Notes: generated by a model from the letters alone, not told the origin. Shown: positions 27,658-37,272, numbered from the stretch's first letter. The stretch: 64,000 nt of DNA from Roseibacillus sp. (GCA_051251855.1 JBPOGI010000004.1:32001-96000), one strand, 5' to 3'. A program made the numbers and translations.

Positions 27658-28415
27658 GCTTTAGCGGTGGTGCGGTAGGCCAAAAAGGAACCTGCCGAGG
27701 TGATGAGGGAAAGCCCTCCGAGGTAGACTAGGATGTTGAGAAAGAGAGTAGTCGTGAGGTGGCCCATCTGAAAAACAAGCTGCTCTGTTAGGTCCGCCAA
27801 GTGATACTGAGGCGAGATGGCGTAGAGGAGGCGAATCAACCCATTGGTTTCAACCTTGGTGGCAACCTCCAGATAACCGACTCCATAAAGCCCGTAGAAA
27901 GTAACCCCTGCAGTAAAGAGATAACCAATTAATGTTCCAAAACGGCTGCCAAGAGCCGTTGCCAACATCATCAATGGAAGGACTACTACGAGGAACAATA
28001 CACCATATTGAAGATTAGTGAGAATCCATGAACCAACGTTGGCATGAGGAGCCGCACCCAGACAGCATACAAGAACAGCTACTAGGACGAGCGGAACAAG
28101 AACGGCAGCATGAGCGAGCCAAACTTCGCAGAGTTGACGGATAGACCCCTGCCCCATGCTGTGAAAATAGGTTCCTAAGCCAGACTGGACATTTTGAGCA
28201 CCCTGCCGAGCGGCCTGCCCGAAGAGCCAAAAAGTAGTGACTAACCAGAGCAGAACCCAAGCCGCCTGAGCGCGAGCCGGCTCGATGAGACCAAGTGCAA
28301 ATTCGCTAGGAACGAGCACGGGAAGAAGAAACGGAAGAGCGCCGACACAGAACAACGCCACGACCCAAGCCTTGCGCACGAGCAAGGTTCGAAGAGTGAT
28401 TTTGAAGAGGTTCAT
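27654..28415 (-). CDS. ABC-2 type permease (PilI/GldF-like)
   Basis: About 6 TM segments, follows the ABC ATPase. Confidence 0.8.
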   Translation of the reverse strand: MNLFKITLRTLLVRKAWVVALFCVGALPFLLPVLVPSEFALGLIEPARAQAAWVLLWLVTTFWLFGQAARQGAQNVQSGLGTYFHSMGQGSIRQLCEVWLAHAAVLVPLVLVAVLVCCLGAAPHANVGSWILTNLQYGVLFLVVVLPLMMLATALGSRFGTLIGYLFTAGVTFYGLYGVGYLEVATKVETNGLIRLLYAISPQYHLADLTEQLVFQMGHLTTTLFLNILVYLGGLSLITSAGSFLAYRTTAKA

Positions 28416-28434
28416 TACTTTTAGGTTAAGTCTA

Positions 28435-29103
28435 TTAGTTCAAAAATTGGCGAAGCTCTCCCCAAGACATATCGGGAGACTGCTGGTGATTGAGGATGCC
28501 ATCGCTGATAACGAGTGCGCTTGGCACGGGCATTTCATCAAAATCGGGGTGAGCACTAACTACTCGCACAACGTTGCTCGTTTCTTGAGCCCATCGATCA
28601 ATGAAGGCTTGGCGAGTAGGTGCATCGAGTCCAGTGAAGGGTTCGTCTAAGAAAATGATATCTTGGTCGTCATTGCGGAAACCAAATTCGGCGAGCAAGA
28701 GGTTCACCTTCCTTTTATTTCCGGTAGAGAGTTTTCCGTAAGGCTTACTGAGGTCTAACTCTATTTGCTGAGCAAACTCTAGGGCCTCAACTGTCTTCTT
28801 CTTCCCAAGCAGAGACTTCAGGATTGCGGGGGCCTTGAGCTCTTGATCGAAAACAAGGTCTTCTGAGATGAAGCGGCAAAACCCTTCGACTTGGTATTCC
28901 CCCTCCAAAGGCTTAATCATCCCACAGAGAGTACGGAACAAAGTTGTTTTCCCTCTCCCATTGCGACCGAGCAAATAGTGAGTTCCCAAGCCTAAAGAAA
29001 TCGTTTCTCCGACTTCGGCAAGCCTTTGGTCGTACCCAATTGCAAGACCGCTCGAGAGAACAATCTCGGAGGTTTTGTTGTGGGCTTTTGACGCGGTTTT
29101 CAT
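28435..29103 (-). CDS. ABC transporter ATP-binding protein (PilH-like)
   Basis: GRNGRGKT, LSTGN signature variant, IIFLDEPFTGLD, VVSAH. Confidence 0.9.
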   Translation of the reverse strand: MKTASKAHNKTSEIVLSSGLAIGYDQRLAEVGETISLGLGTHYLLGRNGRGKTTLFRTLCGMIKPLEGEYQVEGFCRFISEDLVFDQELKAPAILKSLLGKKKTVEALEFAQQIELDLSKPYGKLSTGNKRKVNLLLAEFGFRNDDQDIIFLDEPFTGLDAPTRQAFIDRWAQETSNVVRVVSAHPDFDEMPVPSALVISDGILNHQQSPDMSWGELRQFLN

Positions 29104-29203
29104 AAGGACAGCAAGATGTTCAATAAAACTTTACTAAATTCACTGCCTATGACAAGAAATTGAATGTTCGAATTTCAGAGTTTCTCGGGAAGCAGCTGGT
29201 TGA

Positions 29204-29232
29204 AATTTAAGAAATCCGGACAAAATAGTCAA
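29204..29232 (-). promoter_or_regulatory. Sigma70-like promoter of the pilus operon
   Basis: Minus strand TTGACT-17 bp-TAAATT with AT-rich upstream DNA, about 100 bp before the ABC ATG. Confidence 0.65.
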
Positions 29233-29396
29233 GATATCGTTCAATATTTCTAAAATATTTATGAATCCTTTGGTTTAAAAGGCTTCATGACACCATTTCC
29301 GTACCCTCGAGGGGCCTTCACTAAGGGAAAGACTCCAAAATTCTCGCGATTCTATAAAACTTTTGAGCAGAAATATCAGCCGAAGCCAACCGACCA

Positions 29397-29807
29397 CTAG
29401 TTCCATTCCCACGTCACAGCCACCTCGATATCAGGATGAATGCTATGATTCACCGGACATCCTAAGGCTGCTTTCTGTAAAGCTGCGGCCGAAAAATGGT
29501 TTACGGGAATCGGCATCTGGCAGAGCACGGTCAATTTCGAAACTCGCCGAGGTAAATCAGCGGACATCTCTTTAGAAACAGTAATACGGAGTCCAACCAA
29601 GTCCACTTCCTCTCGTCGGGCCGCAATTCCCATGATGGTCGCCATGCATGTTCCCAAGGCTGTTGCGACTAAATCGGTCGGAGAGAAAGCTTCGCCCCTA
29701 CCTTGGTTATCCAGTGGCGCATCCGTTGCAATAAGAGCTTCAGAAGGACCATGCTGAGCCTCGCAATGAAGCTCCCCTTTGTAATCAATAGAAACTTTAA
29801 CCATCAC
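29397..29807 (-). CDS. OsmC-family protein
   Basis: TDAPLDNQGRGEAFSPTDLVATALGTC...ALGCPV (two conserved Cys); start overlaps the kinase stop. Confidence 0.92.
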   Translation of the reverse strand: MMVKVSIDYKGELHCEAQHGPSEALIATDAPLDNQGRGEAFSPTDLVATALGTCMATIMGIAARREEVDLVGLRITVSKEMSADLPRRVSKLTVLCQMPIPVNHFSAAALQKAALGCPVNHSIHPDIEVAVTWEWN

Positions 29808-32325
29808 TTTCGTCTTCTTCGTTCTGCTCCGACTTCACAAGAACTACTCGGAAGCCATAACCTTCTCCAGTATCGGACACTGGGCGTCGTGCACTCGTCC
29901 TGAGATGCTCTTCCCTATAATCCTGCCATGATCCTCCGCGACTTGTTCCATAACCCGCCTCTTCGGTGAGATAGAAATCACTGACCCATTCGCGAACGTT
30001 GCCTCCGAGGTCATGGATACCAAACGGATTGGGAGGAAAACTTCCTACTGGGGCCGTCGTCAAAAAGCTGTCGCGGTATCCCGCTACCAACTGATTATTA
30101 AATGGAAGACGTGCCTCCCCTTCCATCCCCGCGATATTGGCCACTTTCTCTAGCGGCGGAAAATCCTCTCCCCAAGGAAAACCTGACTCTTCCCAAGAAG
30201 CTCGCTCTCGTGGTGTTTCTCCTGGCTCAACTTCCACTCCAGCCATCCGCGACCATTCCGCATCGGTTGGTAGGCGGTACTGATGCCACTCACGAATCAC
30301 TCCCTGCTTTTGCTCCTTCACAGTTAGCCACTCACAAAAAGCGATAGCGTCATCTCTCGTAATATTAACAGCAGGGTGATCCTTTTTCTGTAGGAAGTCA
30401 GGCGCCTCAGGCCTCTTCCTCTTCGCCATATTCACAAACTTCGAGAAATCCTGCACCCTTGTTTCCCAACGTGAAGCCAACAATTCATCGCCCAATTCCA
30501 CAAATTCCATGCCGATGCTGTTCTTCCACTCCGCATTCTGCCAAGGCATCCCTTTGGTCGGAGAAAGCTCAACCAGAGGGAGGGAGACAGTCTCGCCTTC
30601 ACCAATAGAGAGAGCGACAACATGCTCCTCGTAACCATCCAACACCACTTTTAGCTCCGATTTCCCAGGAAACACCTCGAGCCCTTCCAAAGGCGTTGTC
30701 CCCTGTAGCTCTCCATTGAGATATACCCAAGCACCCGAGGGCTCGGTTTCAAAGACCAGCCGACCTTTTCGAATCGGTTCAATCTCGACACGAAAGGGAC
30801 GCAACCCCGACTCCCCGATCATTTTTTCAACATCCGGATAATCACTCGCCTTCTCAAACTCTACTTTGAAGCGATAGTCATCCTTAGTCACCCCGTCTGC
30901 TACGCTCTCTTGAGCCAACCAGCGAACAAACTCCTCCCCCTGCTTCTCGGTAACGAAGGCGACCCGCCGCCGAATTCCATTCTCCCTTACCTCCACCCCC
31001 TTCCAATCCTTTTCACGGCCCACAGGAGAGCGACGGAATTCCACAGGACTCACCAGATAGGCACTCACGTGGGCTCCATCTTCTGGAAAATATCGCTGAC
31101 CAAGAAAGTCTCGCCACTCCAATCCTGGCTCGGGTGGATACCTCATCATCGAAACCAGCAAAATCTCGTCTCCCTGCGTGAGCATCTGCGAAATCACTTT
31201 GGGCTTATAACCCGGCAAACGAAGTTGGAACTCCACCTCTAGCCCAATCGGATACTCCTTGGGGCCATACGGAGTCGGCCCTAACATAACCCCATACTCA
31301 TCAAAAACTTCAGCCCCTTCAGGCACACTTGTAATGGTCACAAACGACGCCGTTGGAGCCGACACCGTAGTCCTTTGAATCGCCTGAACTCTCGCCGGAG
31401 CTAAAGGCAGCCCCGCCAATAGCGCCAATCCCAACGAAACAGTTCCCACCGAGACAGCCAGTCCCAAGGGAACCTTTTTCTTCTGGATGCGCCGCGAACG
31501 ATGGATCAACCCCAGCACTCGCTCCAGCTCTGCAGCTTCTGTATAGCGGCGCTTTTTAATTCGCGGATCGCACGTCTCGCAGATCACCTTATTCAACGCC
31601 AACCAACGCTTATTATCAGCTTTCGGAATAGGTTCATCAGGCAGTTCAGGGAAATCCAGCCGGTCTTTTCCCGTCGCCATCTCATACAGCACTTTTCCTA
31701 ACGCATAAACATCCGCTCCCGCCGAACCTGGCCCCTCAGGTGGCACAAAGCCCTCCGTCCCCACAAAAGTCCGCTGGTCCCGTGCCGCCACTAACCCAAT
31801 ATCGGCCAAACAAGCTTGGCCCTTAACAAAAATCACATTCGACGGCTTTACATCTCGGTGAGCCAACCCCTGTTGGTGCAAATGCGCCAGCGCTCCCGAC
31901 AATCGCGCCCCTGCTTCCGCGCAAAACCCCACCGCCAGCGGTCTCTTACCCGAACGCAACATGTCGCTGCGCAAGGTCCGCGGCTCATAGTCTGCTGGTG
32001 TAATCTTAGATCCTCGCTCGATGTCATCACCAAGCTCCATCACATAAAAGTAGAACTCCTCCTCCCCCGTCTTATCACGCCCTACATGCATGATATCCAC
32101 CAACCCCGGATGCTCCCGTGCCACCGGCTCATACTTCAGAATCCCCTCAAACTCTCTCTCGAACGTCCGATCGTCATCGAAGTCATTCCGATAGACCACC
32201 TTCACCGCCCGCAAGGTATCGGTCACCGAGCGCGCCATCCAGATTTCTCCGTAGGAACCTCCCCCAATTTGGCGAAGAACCTCCATATCCGGAATTTCCG
32301 GCGCTGACCGCACCTGCCTCGCCAT
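29797..32325 (-). CDS. Membrane Ser/Thr kinase with PEGA repeats and an FGE/SUMF1-like domain
   Basis: IGGGSYGEIW, RAVK, HRDVKPSN, ADIGL, GTEGFVPPE, DVYALG; TM; two PEGA (SVPEGAEV, TEPSGAWV); YRLPTDAEW, DLGGNVREW, RGGSW, GFRVV. Confidence 0.92.
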   Translation of the reverse strand: MARQVRSAPEIPDMEVLRQIGGGSYGEIWMARSVTDTLRAVKVVYRNDFDDDRTFEREFEGILKYEPVAREHPGLVDIMHVGRDKTGEEEFYFYVMELGDDIERGSKITPADYEPRTLRSDMLRSGKRPLAVGFCAEAGARLSGALAHLHQQGLAHRDVKPSNVIFVKGQACLADIGLVAARDQRTFVGTEGFVPPEGPGSAGADVYALGKVLYEMATGKDRLDFPELPDEPIPKADNKRWLALNKVICETCDPRIKKRRYTEAAELERVLGLIHRSRRIQKKKVPLGLAVSVGTVSLGLALLAGLPLAPARVQAIQRTTVSAPTASFVTITSVPEGAEVFDEYGVMLGPTPYGPKEYPIGLEVEFQLRLPGYKPKVISQMLTQGDEILLVSMMRYPPEPGLEWRDFLGQRYFPEDGAHVSAYLVSPVEFRRSPVGREKDWKGVEVRENGIRRRVAFVTEKQGEEFVRWLAQESVADGVTKDDYRFKVEFEKASDYPDVEKMIGESGLRPFRVEIEPIRKGRLVFETEPSGAWVYLNGELQGTTPLEGLEVFPGKSELKVVLDGYEEHVVALSIGEGETVSLPLVELSPTKGMPWQNAEWKNSIGMEFVELGDELLASRWETRVQDFSKFVNMAKRKRPEAPDFLQKKDHPAVNITRDDAIAFCEWLTVKEQKQGVIREWHQYRLPTDAEWSRMAGVEVEPGETPRERASWEESGFPWGEDFPPLEKVANIAGMEGEARLPFNNQLVAGYRDSFLTTAPVGSFPPNPFGIHDLGGNVREWVSDFYLTEEAGYGTSRGGSWQDYREEHLRTSARRPVSDTGEGYGFRVVLVKSEQNEEDESDG

Positions 32326-32328
32326 CGT

Positions 32329-33057
32329 CTAATTATCCTCTTCCTCTTCCCCCAGTTTACGAAGCTTCTCCAACTCCTTCTTCAGGACAGCACCCACGCG
32401 ATGCTTCGCCAAATAAACCTGCGCCATGCTCACCCCGAGATGCTCCTGAACCTTGTCTGCATCCCACTGCTTCACCACATAGTAGTCAAAAATCTGATAC
32501 TGCTTCGGCGACACCAAAGACTTTGTCCTCGAAAGCGCGGCATCAGCCAAATTTTGTTTCCACTCCACATCCCACATCCGCTCTAACAAATCTCCTTTAG
32601 GGTCCTCGAAGCGGTCAATCACAGCCGTTTTACGCTCATCGCCCCACTCCCCCATCGCCATTGCGGTATCCTTCTTGCGCTTGCGAAATTGGTCATTAAT
32701 CCGCCAGCGGGTCATGTTCATCAACCACGTCTTGAAAGATCCTTGATTCGGGTCGTAGAGATTCTTCTTACTCTGCTTCGCAATCGACAAAATCGTCTCC
32801 TGCACCGCATCAAAGGCCTCCTCCGACCGCAAGCCGGACTTCAGCGCCACCGAGTAGATGAGCCGCCAATACGTCTTATAAAAGTCATCCCAAGTTCGCT
32901 GATCTTCCCAGTTGTCCAGCCGTGCGATCAGGCTCTTACGCGTCTTCTCATAAGCCGCCTCGATTTTCTTCTTCCGCACCTTCCCCTCTTCGGCGCCGAT
33001 CTCCTCTTCAACGTCATCCTTAGGAGCCGCTGTTTTCTTTTTCGCTCGTTTCGCCAT
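32329..33057 (-). CDS. ECF sigma factor (kinase-associated type)
   Basis: TRKSLIARL, WDDFYKTY, DAVQE, GSFKTWL, region 4 LGVSMAQVYLAKHR; 3 bp upstream of the kinase. Confidence 0.92.
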   Translation of the reverse strand: MAKRAKKKTAAPKDDVEEEIGAEEGKVRKKKIEAAYEKTRKSLIARLDNWEDQRTWDDFYKTYWRLIYSVALKSGLRSEEAFDAVQETILSIAKQSKKNLYDPNQGSFKTWLMNMTRWRINDQFRKRKKDTAMAMGEWGDERKTAVIDRFEDPKGDLLERMWDVEWKQNLADAALSRTKSLVSPKQYQIFDYYVVKQWDADKVQEHLGVSMAQVYLAKHRVGAVLKKELEKLRKLGEEEEDN

Positions 33058-33326
33058 TCGATGTTTACGCTAGCACGCCTCCTCTTACTTGTCTTTCCCG
33101 ATTCCGTCTGTAAGTGAACGAAACTCTCAGCTTCATCATTCACTAAAAAGCCCCCTTTTCCCCAAAAACGCCTTAAAATCGTTGCTCAAACTCAAAAAAT
33201 CAATCAATTCGACCCGAGTCTTCTCAAAATCCACTCCTGACATCTCACTCTCTCCCCAAAAATATCTCTGCGAAACTTCCCGTCCTTCGCGACTCAGCGT
33301 TGAACAAAACCATCTAGCCACTTCCC

Positions 33327-34301
33327 ATGCCAGAGCCCACTGACCTCTATTTCTCTCGCTACCGCCTCAAATCCCGCGCTAGCAAACTCAACGCCGCCTC
33401 CCCCCGCCGCGAATTCGAAGGTGCGCTCATCCAAGTCGGTCACGGCTTTGCCTGCCTCCATCCTTGGCCCGAACTCGGAGACCCCACCCTCGACAAGTGC
33501 CTCGCTGATCTCCAAGGCAAACGCCGTTGGCCCCTCGTCCGCCGCGCCCTCCGCTGTGCCGAGATGGACGCCGCCGCCCGCCTCAACGAAGACTGGATGT
33601 TCGAGGAAATGGACGTCCCCCTCAGCCACTTCACTCTCCCCACCCTCGACCGCGCTCAAATCGAACTCGCTCTCGAGCGTGAATTCGACACCATCAAGCT
33701 CAAAGTCGGCACCGACCTCATCGCCGAAGGTCTCTTTCTACGCGAAACCTCCGCCGCCCACCCCAAGCTCCGTTGGCGCCTTGACGCCAACGAAAAGCCC
33801 ACCCGCGAAGCCATCCGAGACTTCCTTCTCGCCCTGCCCGAAGCCACCCGCGACCAAATCGACTTCATCGAAGACCCCTGCCCCTTCTCTGAAGAAGGCT
33901 GGCAAAAGCTCCATCGCGAAACCCGCGTCCCACTCGCCATCGATCGCGAATCCGCCCCCAACCTCAGCACCGGAAAAAGCGCCCAAGTCGTCATCATCAA
34001 GCCCGCCCTCGACGAGCCTTGGCTCCTCGCCGAATCCGCTATTAATAAGGGCCAACGCGTCGTGGTCACCAGCTACATGGACCACCCCTTCGGCCAAACC
34101 TTCGCGGCTTGGGAAGCCGGACGCCTCGCCCTGCAATTTCCCGGCCTCATCAACACCTGCGGCCTCCAAACCCATCATCTCTTCGAACCCACCCCTTTCA
34201 CCGAAGCCCTCGGCGCCCCCACTCCTAGTTTTAACCCCGTCGCCTGGACCGGCCTCGGCTTCGACGAGCTCCTCGAAACCCTTCTCTGGCAGAAGCTTTA
34301 A
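33327..34301 (+). CDS. menC: o-Succinylbenzoate synthase (enolase superfamily)
   Basis: HPWPELGD, TIKLKVG, RLDAN, FIEDP, AIDRE, IIKP, VTSYMDHPFG, CGLQT. Confidence 0.8.
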   Translation: MPEPTDLYFSRYRLKSRASKLNAASPRREFEGALIQVGHGFACLHPWPELGDPTLDKCLADLQGKRRWPLVRRALRCAEMDAAARLNEDWMFEEMDVPLSHFTLPTLDRAQIELALEREFDTIKLKVGTDLIAEGLFLRETSAAHPKLRWRLDANEKPTREAIRDFLLALPEATRDQIDFIEDPCPFSEEGWQKLHRETRVPLAIDRESAPNLSTGKSAQVVIIKPALDEPWLLAESAINKGQRVVVTSYMDHPFGQTFAAWEAGRLALQFPGLINTCGLQTHHLFEPTPFTEALGAPTPSFNPVAWTGLGFDELLETLLWQKL

Positions 34302-34390
34302 TCCTCACAACCAATAGCGAGCAACTCATACTCCCCCCTCCAGCCCCCTTTTCTTGACTCCCTCCCCATTCTCCCCCAATGCTCCCTGCG

Positions 34391-35299
34391 ATGAGCAAAC
34401 CGACCCTTCTCGTTCTCGCCGCCGGCATGGGCTCCCGTTACGGAGGCCTCAAGCAAATGGACCCCATGGGCCCCAATGGAGAAACCATCCTTGACTACTC
34501 CGTCTTTGACGCCATCCGCGCCGGTTTTGGCAAAGTCGTTTTCGTCATTCGCGAAGACTTCGCGGAAGCCTTCCGCGAAGGAGTAGGATCTCGTTTCAGC
34601 AACAAAATCGCCATCGACTACGCTTTCCAAAAGCTCGATGACCTTCCCGAAGGATTCAGCGTCCCTGCCGACCGCGAAAAGCCATGGGGTACCGCCCACG
34701 CCGTCCGCGCTGCTCGGGACGTCATCAACGAACCCTTCGCCGTCATCAATGCCGACGACTTCTACGGAGCCAACGCCTATCAAACTGCGGCCGACTTTCT
34801 TAACACCCTTGGCAACGAGTCCACCGACTACTCCATCGTTGGCTACTACCTCAAGAACACTCTCTCCGATCACGGTGGCGTTAATCGCGGCATCTGCACT
34901 GCCAGCCCCGAAGGACTTCTCACCAACGTAGAAGAAGTGGTCGACATCTCCCGCAAAGACGGCGGCAAGGTCACCGGCACCGGTCTTAATGGCAGTGAAC
35001 GCGAAGTCTCCGAAGAGGACATCGTCTCCATGAACTTCTGGTGCTTCTCCCCCGCCTACTTCACCCAGACCGAAGAACACTTCTCCGCCTTCCTCAGCGA
35101 ACACCTCAATACACCCAAGAGCGAATGCTACATCCCTACCGTCGTTGACGACTTCGTCGAAAAAGGCCAAGCCACTTGTAAAGTCCTCCCCACCACCTCC
35201 AGCTGGTTCGGCGTCACCTACCCCGACGACAAACCCCTCGTTGTCGACGCCATCGCCGCCCTCATCACAAACGGCGCCTATCCTGCGAAGCTCTCTTAA
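34391..35299 (+). CDS. Sugar-phosphate nucleotidyltransferase
   Basis: LAAGMGSRYGGLKQ, REKPWGTAHA, INADDFYG, SMNFW, WFGVTYPDD. Confidence 0.88.
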   Translation: MSKPTLLVLAAGMGSRYGGLKQMDPMGPNGETILDYSVFDAIRAGFGKVVFVIREDFAEAFREGVGSRFSNKIAIDYAFQKLDDLPEGFSVPADREKPWGTAHAVRAARDVINEPFAVINADDFYGANAYQTAADFLNTLGNESTDYSIVGYYLKNTLSDHGGVNRGICTASPEGLLTNVEEVVDISRKDGGKVTGTGLNGSEREVSEEDIVSMNFWCFSPAYFTQTEEHFSAFLSEHLNTPKSECYIPTVVDDFVEKGQATCKVLPTTSSWFGVTYPDDKPLVVDAIAALITNGAYPAKLS

Positions 35300-35307
35300 A
35301 AGCTAAA

Positions 35308-35364
35308 GGAGCAAGGACATTCTTATCCTTGTTTAGGGCTCAGGGACAGGAATGTCCCTGCTCC
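35308..35364. repeat. REP/REPIN-like inverted doublet, copy 1
   Basis: GGAGCAAGGACATTCTTATCCTTG...CAGGGACAGGAATGTCCCTGCTCC; near-identical to 52554-52617. Confidence 0.85.
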
Positions 35365-35372
35365 TTATTCAC

Positions 35373-37256
35373 TCAGGCTGCCTGCTTCAACTCCTCCACC
35401 CAAGGAGGAATCGCGCAGCCAATGCTATCGGCCATCGCTCGCAACAGTTCGGCCTCACGACTCGACAACTCTCCGTCACTCGCCACCGCCCTCGCGCAAG
35501 CCTGCAAGACATCGCGCTTTACCAAAGGCGACGCTAACTCCAAGCGCTCCAGCGCCCTGTTGATCTCATTCAACGAAATCTGTTCCGACCCCAACAACGC
35601 GCCTCCCGACGAAGGAACCTCTTCCATTCCCGCCTCAAAGGCACCCTGAGCGTCAGGATTCAAATGCGCAAAAGAAGACACTAACAACGCCGTTTCCTTG
35701 GAAAGGTCCTCGAGTCGGTGGAATCGAATCCGCCGCATTCCACGATGTCCAAAATGCCCGTCCAAGTGATGCTCGATCAGACGCTGCAACATATATTCAA
35801 AGACATCCACCCGTCCATCACTACCAATCAGCTCCCGTGTAATTCCCACAAAACGCTCATACTCTGGCCGCGAAAGATTTCGTAACGTCGGTACCGCCAA
35901 ATCAATCAAAGCAATCTTGCGGGCCGAATGCGACTCGCCCAATTCCTCCTGCCAACGCAGAGCTAACTCCGCCGCCGCTTCCCCCGCATCCCGCTTCAAC
36001 AACGCAACTTCGCCGCGTCGCATCTTCGAATCCTGCGCCAACAAAAGACCAAATACCAGCGCCTGCGCCTCCTCACGATGATGAACCGCTCGCTGCCACT
36101 CCTCAGGAATTCTTTCTTTAATACGCCGACCGCGGTCATAGCTGACCCGCTCCGAATCGCTCAACTTCGCACCCGAACCTGAGCCCTCACTGAATCCCGA
36201 TACCCGCGAGTCACCCGCTTGCGACGAAGCCGATTCAGCCTTCCCCGCAATGGGAGGCAACGAACTATCCGCAAACTTGCCATCCCAATCTTTTTGAATA
36301 CGTTCAATCCGCAATTCCAAGGGCGGATGCGTCGCAAAGCCAAAAGCAAACAACCCTCCGTTGGCAAAGAAGCAGTGACTCGCCTCCGAAGCCTTCGCAG
36401 TCTCAATTTTCGAACCCTTGCTGCCAATTTTCTTCAGCGCCCCCGCCAAGCCATCGGGCTCCCGCGTGAACTGAACCGCCGATGCATCAGCCAAAAACTC
36501 ACGCTGTCTTGAAACCGCTGCCTGCAAAAAACGTGCAAAAAACACCCCTATTCCCCCAATAATCATCAGACCCACCCCGACCGCCAAAATCGCTAACAAA
36601 ATTGCTCCGCCCCCGTTATTATCGCGGTTGTTTCCGCCCACACGCACAAAACGCAGACTCTCTAACAAACCCCGCCCCAAAATCGAGAGCACCACCAGAC
36701 CAAAGATCCAACCAATCAGGCGCATGTTCAGCCTCATGTCCCCATTCAAAATATGGGAAAACTCATGCGCGATCACTCCCTGCAACTCCGACCGCGAGAG
36801 CCGCATCATACAGCCGCGGGTCACCCCAATGGCCGCATTACCCGGCTCAGTCCCAGCTGCAAAGGCATTAATCCCCTCCTCATTGTCCATCACATAGACC
36901 TGCGGAACCGGCACTCCAGAAGCAATCGCCATCTCCTCTACCACATTGAGTAATTTCCTCTCGTGCGTCTCTGTTGTCGAGGGATCCACCAACCGTCCCC
37001 CAAGGTCACGCGCAACCACCCCACCACCTCCGCGCAACTGCATCGCCTTGAAACCACTGGAAAGAAAAATCAGCCCCCCAGAACCCAATGCCACCAGCGC
37101 ACAAACCTCCAACGGAATCCCTCCGCCTCCCAGAACCCCTATCCCCCAGGACAAAAGCCCAATCGAAATAACCACCCCAATGACGCAAAGAAGAAAAAGA
37201 GCGAGCAACCACTTCGTTTTCTTCCGAGCATCGTCTTGTGCCTCAAAAAAATCCAT
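35373..37256 (-). CDS. M48 (HtpX-like) membrane zinc metalloprotease with C-terminal extension
   Basis: MDFFEAQD start, INAFAAG, AHEFSH, SRQREFLADA, ATHPPL. Confidence 0.9.
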   Translation of the reverse strand: MDFFEAQDDARKKTKWLLALFLLCVIGVVISIGLLSWGIGVLGGGGIPLEVCALVALGSGGLIFLSSGFKAMQLRGGGGVVARDLGGRLVDPSTTETHERKLLNVVEEMAIASGVPVPQVYVMDNEEGINAFAAGTEPGNAAIGVTRGCMMRLSRSELQGVIAHEFSHILNGDMRLNMRLIGWIFGLVVLSILGRGLLESLRFVRVGGNNRDNNGGGAILLAILAVGVGLMIIGGIGVFFARFLQAAVSRQREFLADASAVQFTREPDGLAGALKKIGSKGSKIETAKASEASHCFFANGGLFAFGFATHPPLELRIERIQKDWDGKFADSSLPPIAGKAESASSQAGDSRVSGFSEGSGSGAKLSDSERVSYDRGRRIKERIPEEWQRAVHHREEAQALVFGLLLAQDSKMRRGEVALLKRDAGEAAAELALRWQEELGESHSARKIALIDLAVPTLRNLSRPEYERFVGITRELIGSDGRVDVFEYMLQRLIEHHLDGHFGHRGMRRIRFHRLEDLSKETALLVSSFAHLNPDAQGAFEAGMEEVPSSGGALLGSEQISLNEINRALERLELASPLVKRDVLQACARAVASDGELSSREAELLRAMADSIGCAIPPWVEELKQAA

Positions 37257-37272
37257 AATCGTTACTGGCAAA

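Noticed and set aside
29110..29250. GTTC half-sites as LexA boxes upstream of the pilus operon
   Set aside because: Only isolated half-sites; no TGTTC-N4-GAACA palindrome.
31780..31870. Kinase as pseudokinase because of DIG instead of DFG
   Set aside because: The metal-binding Asp, HRDxKxxN, catalytic Lys and Gly loop are retained.
33421..34317. 298-aa Ser/Pro/Thr-rich same-strand overlapping ORF
   Set aside because: Shifted frame of menC; composition follows from the C-rich codons.
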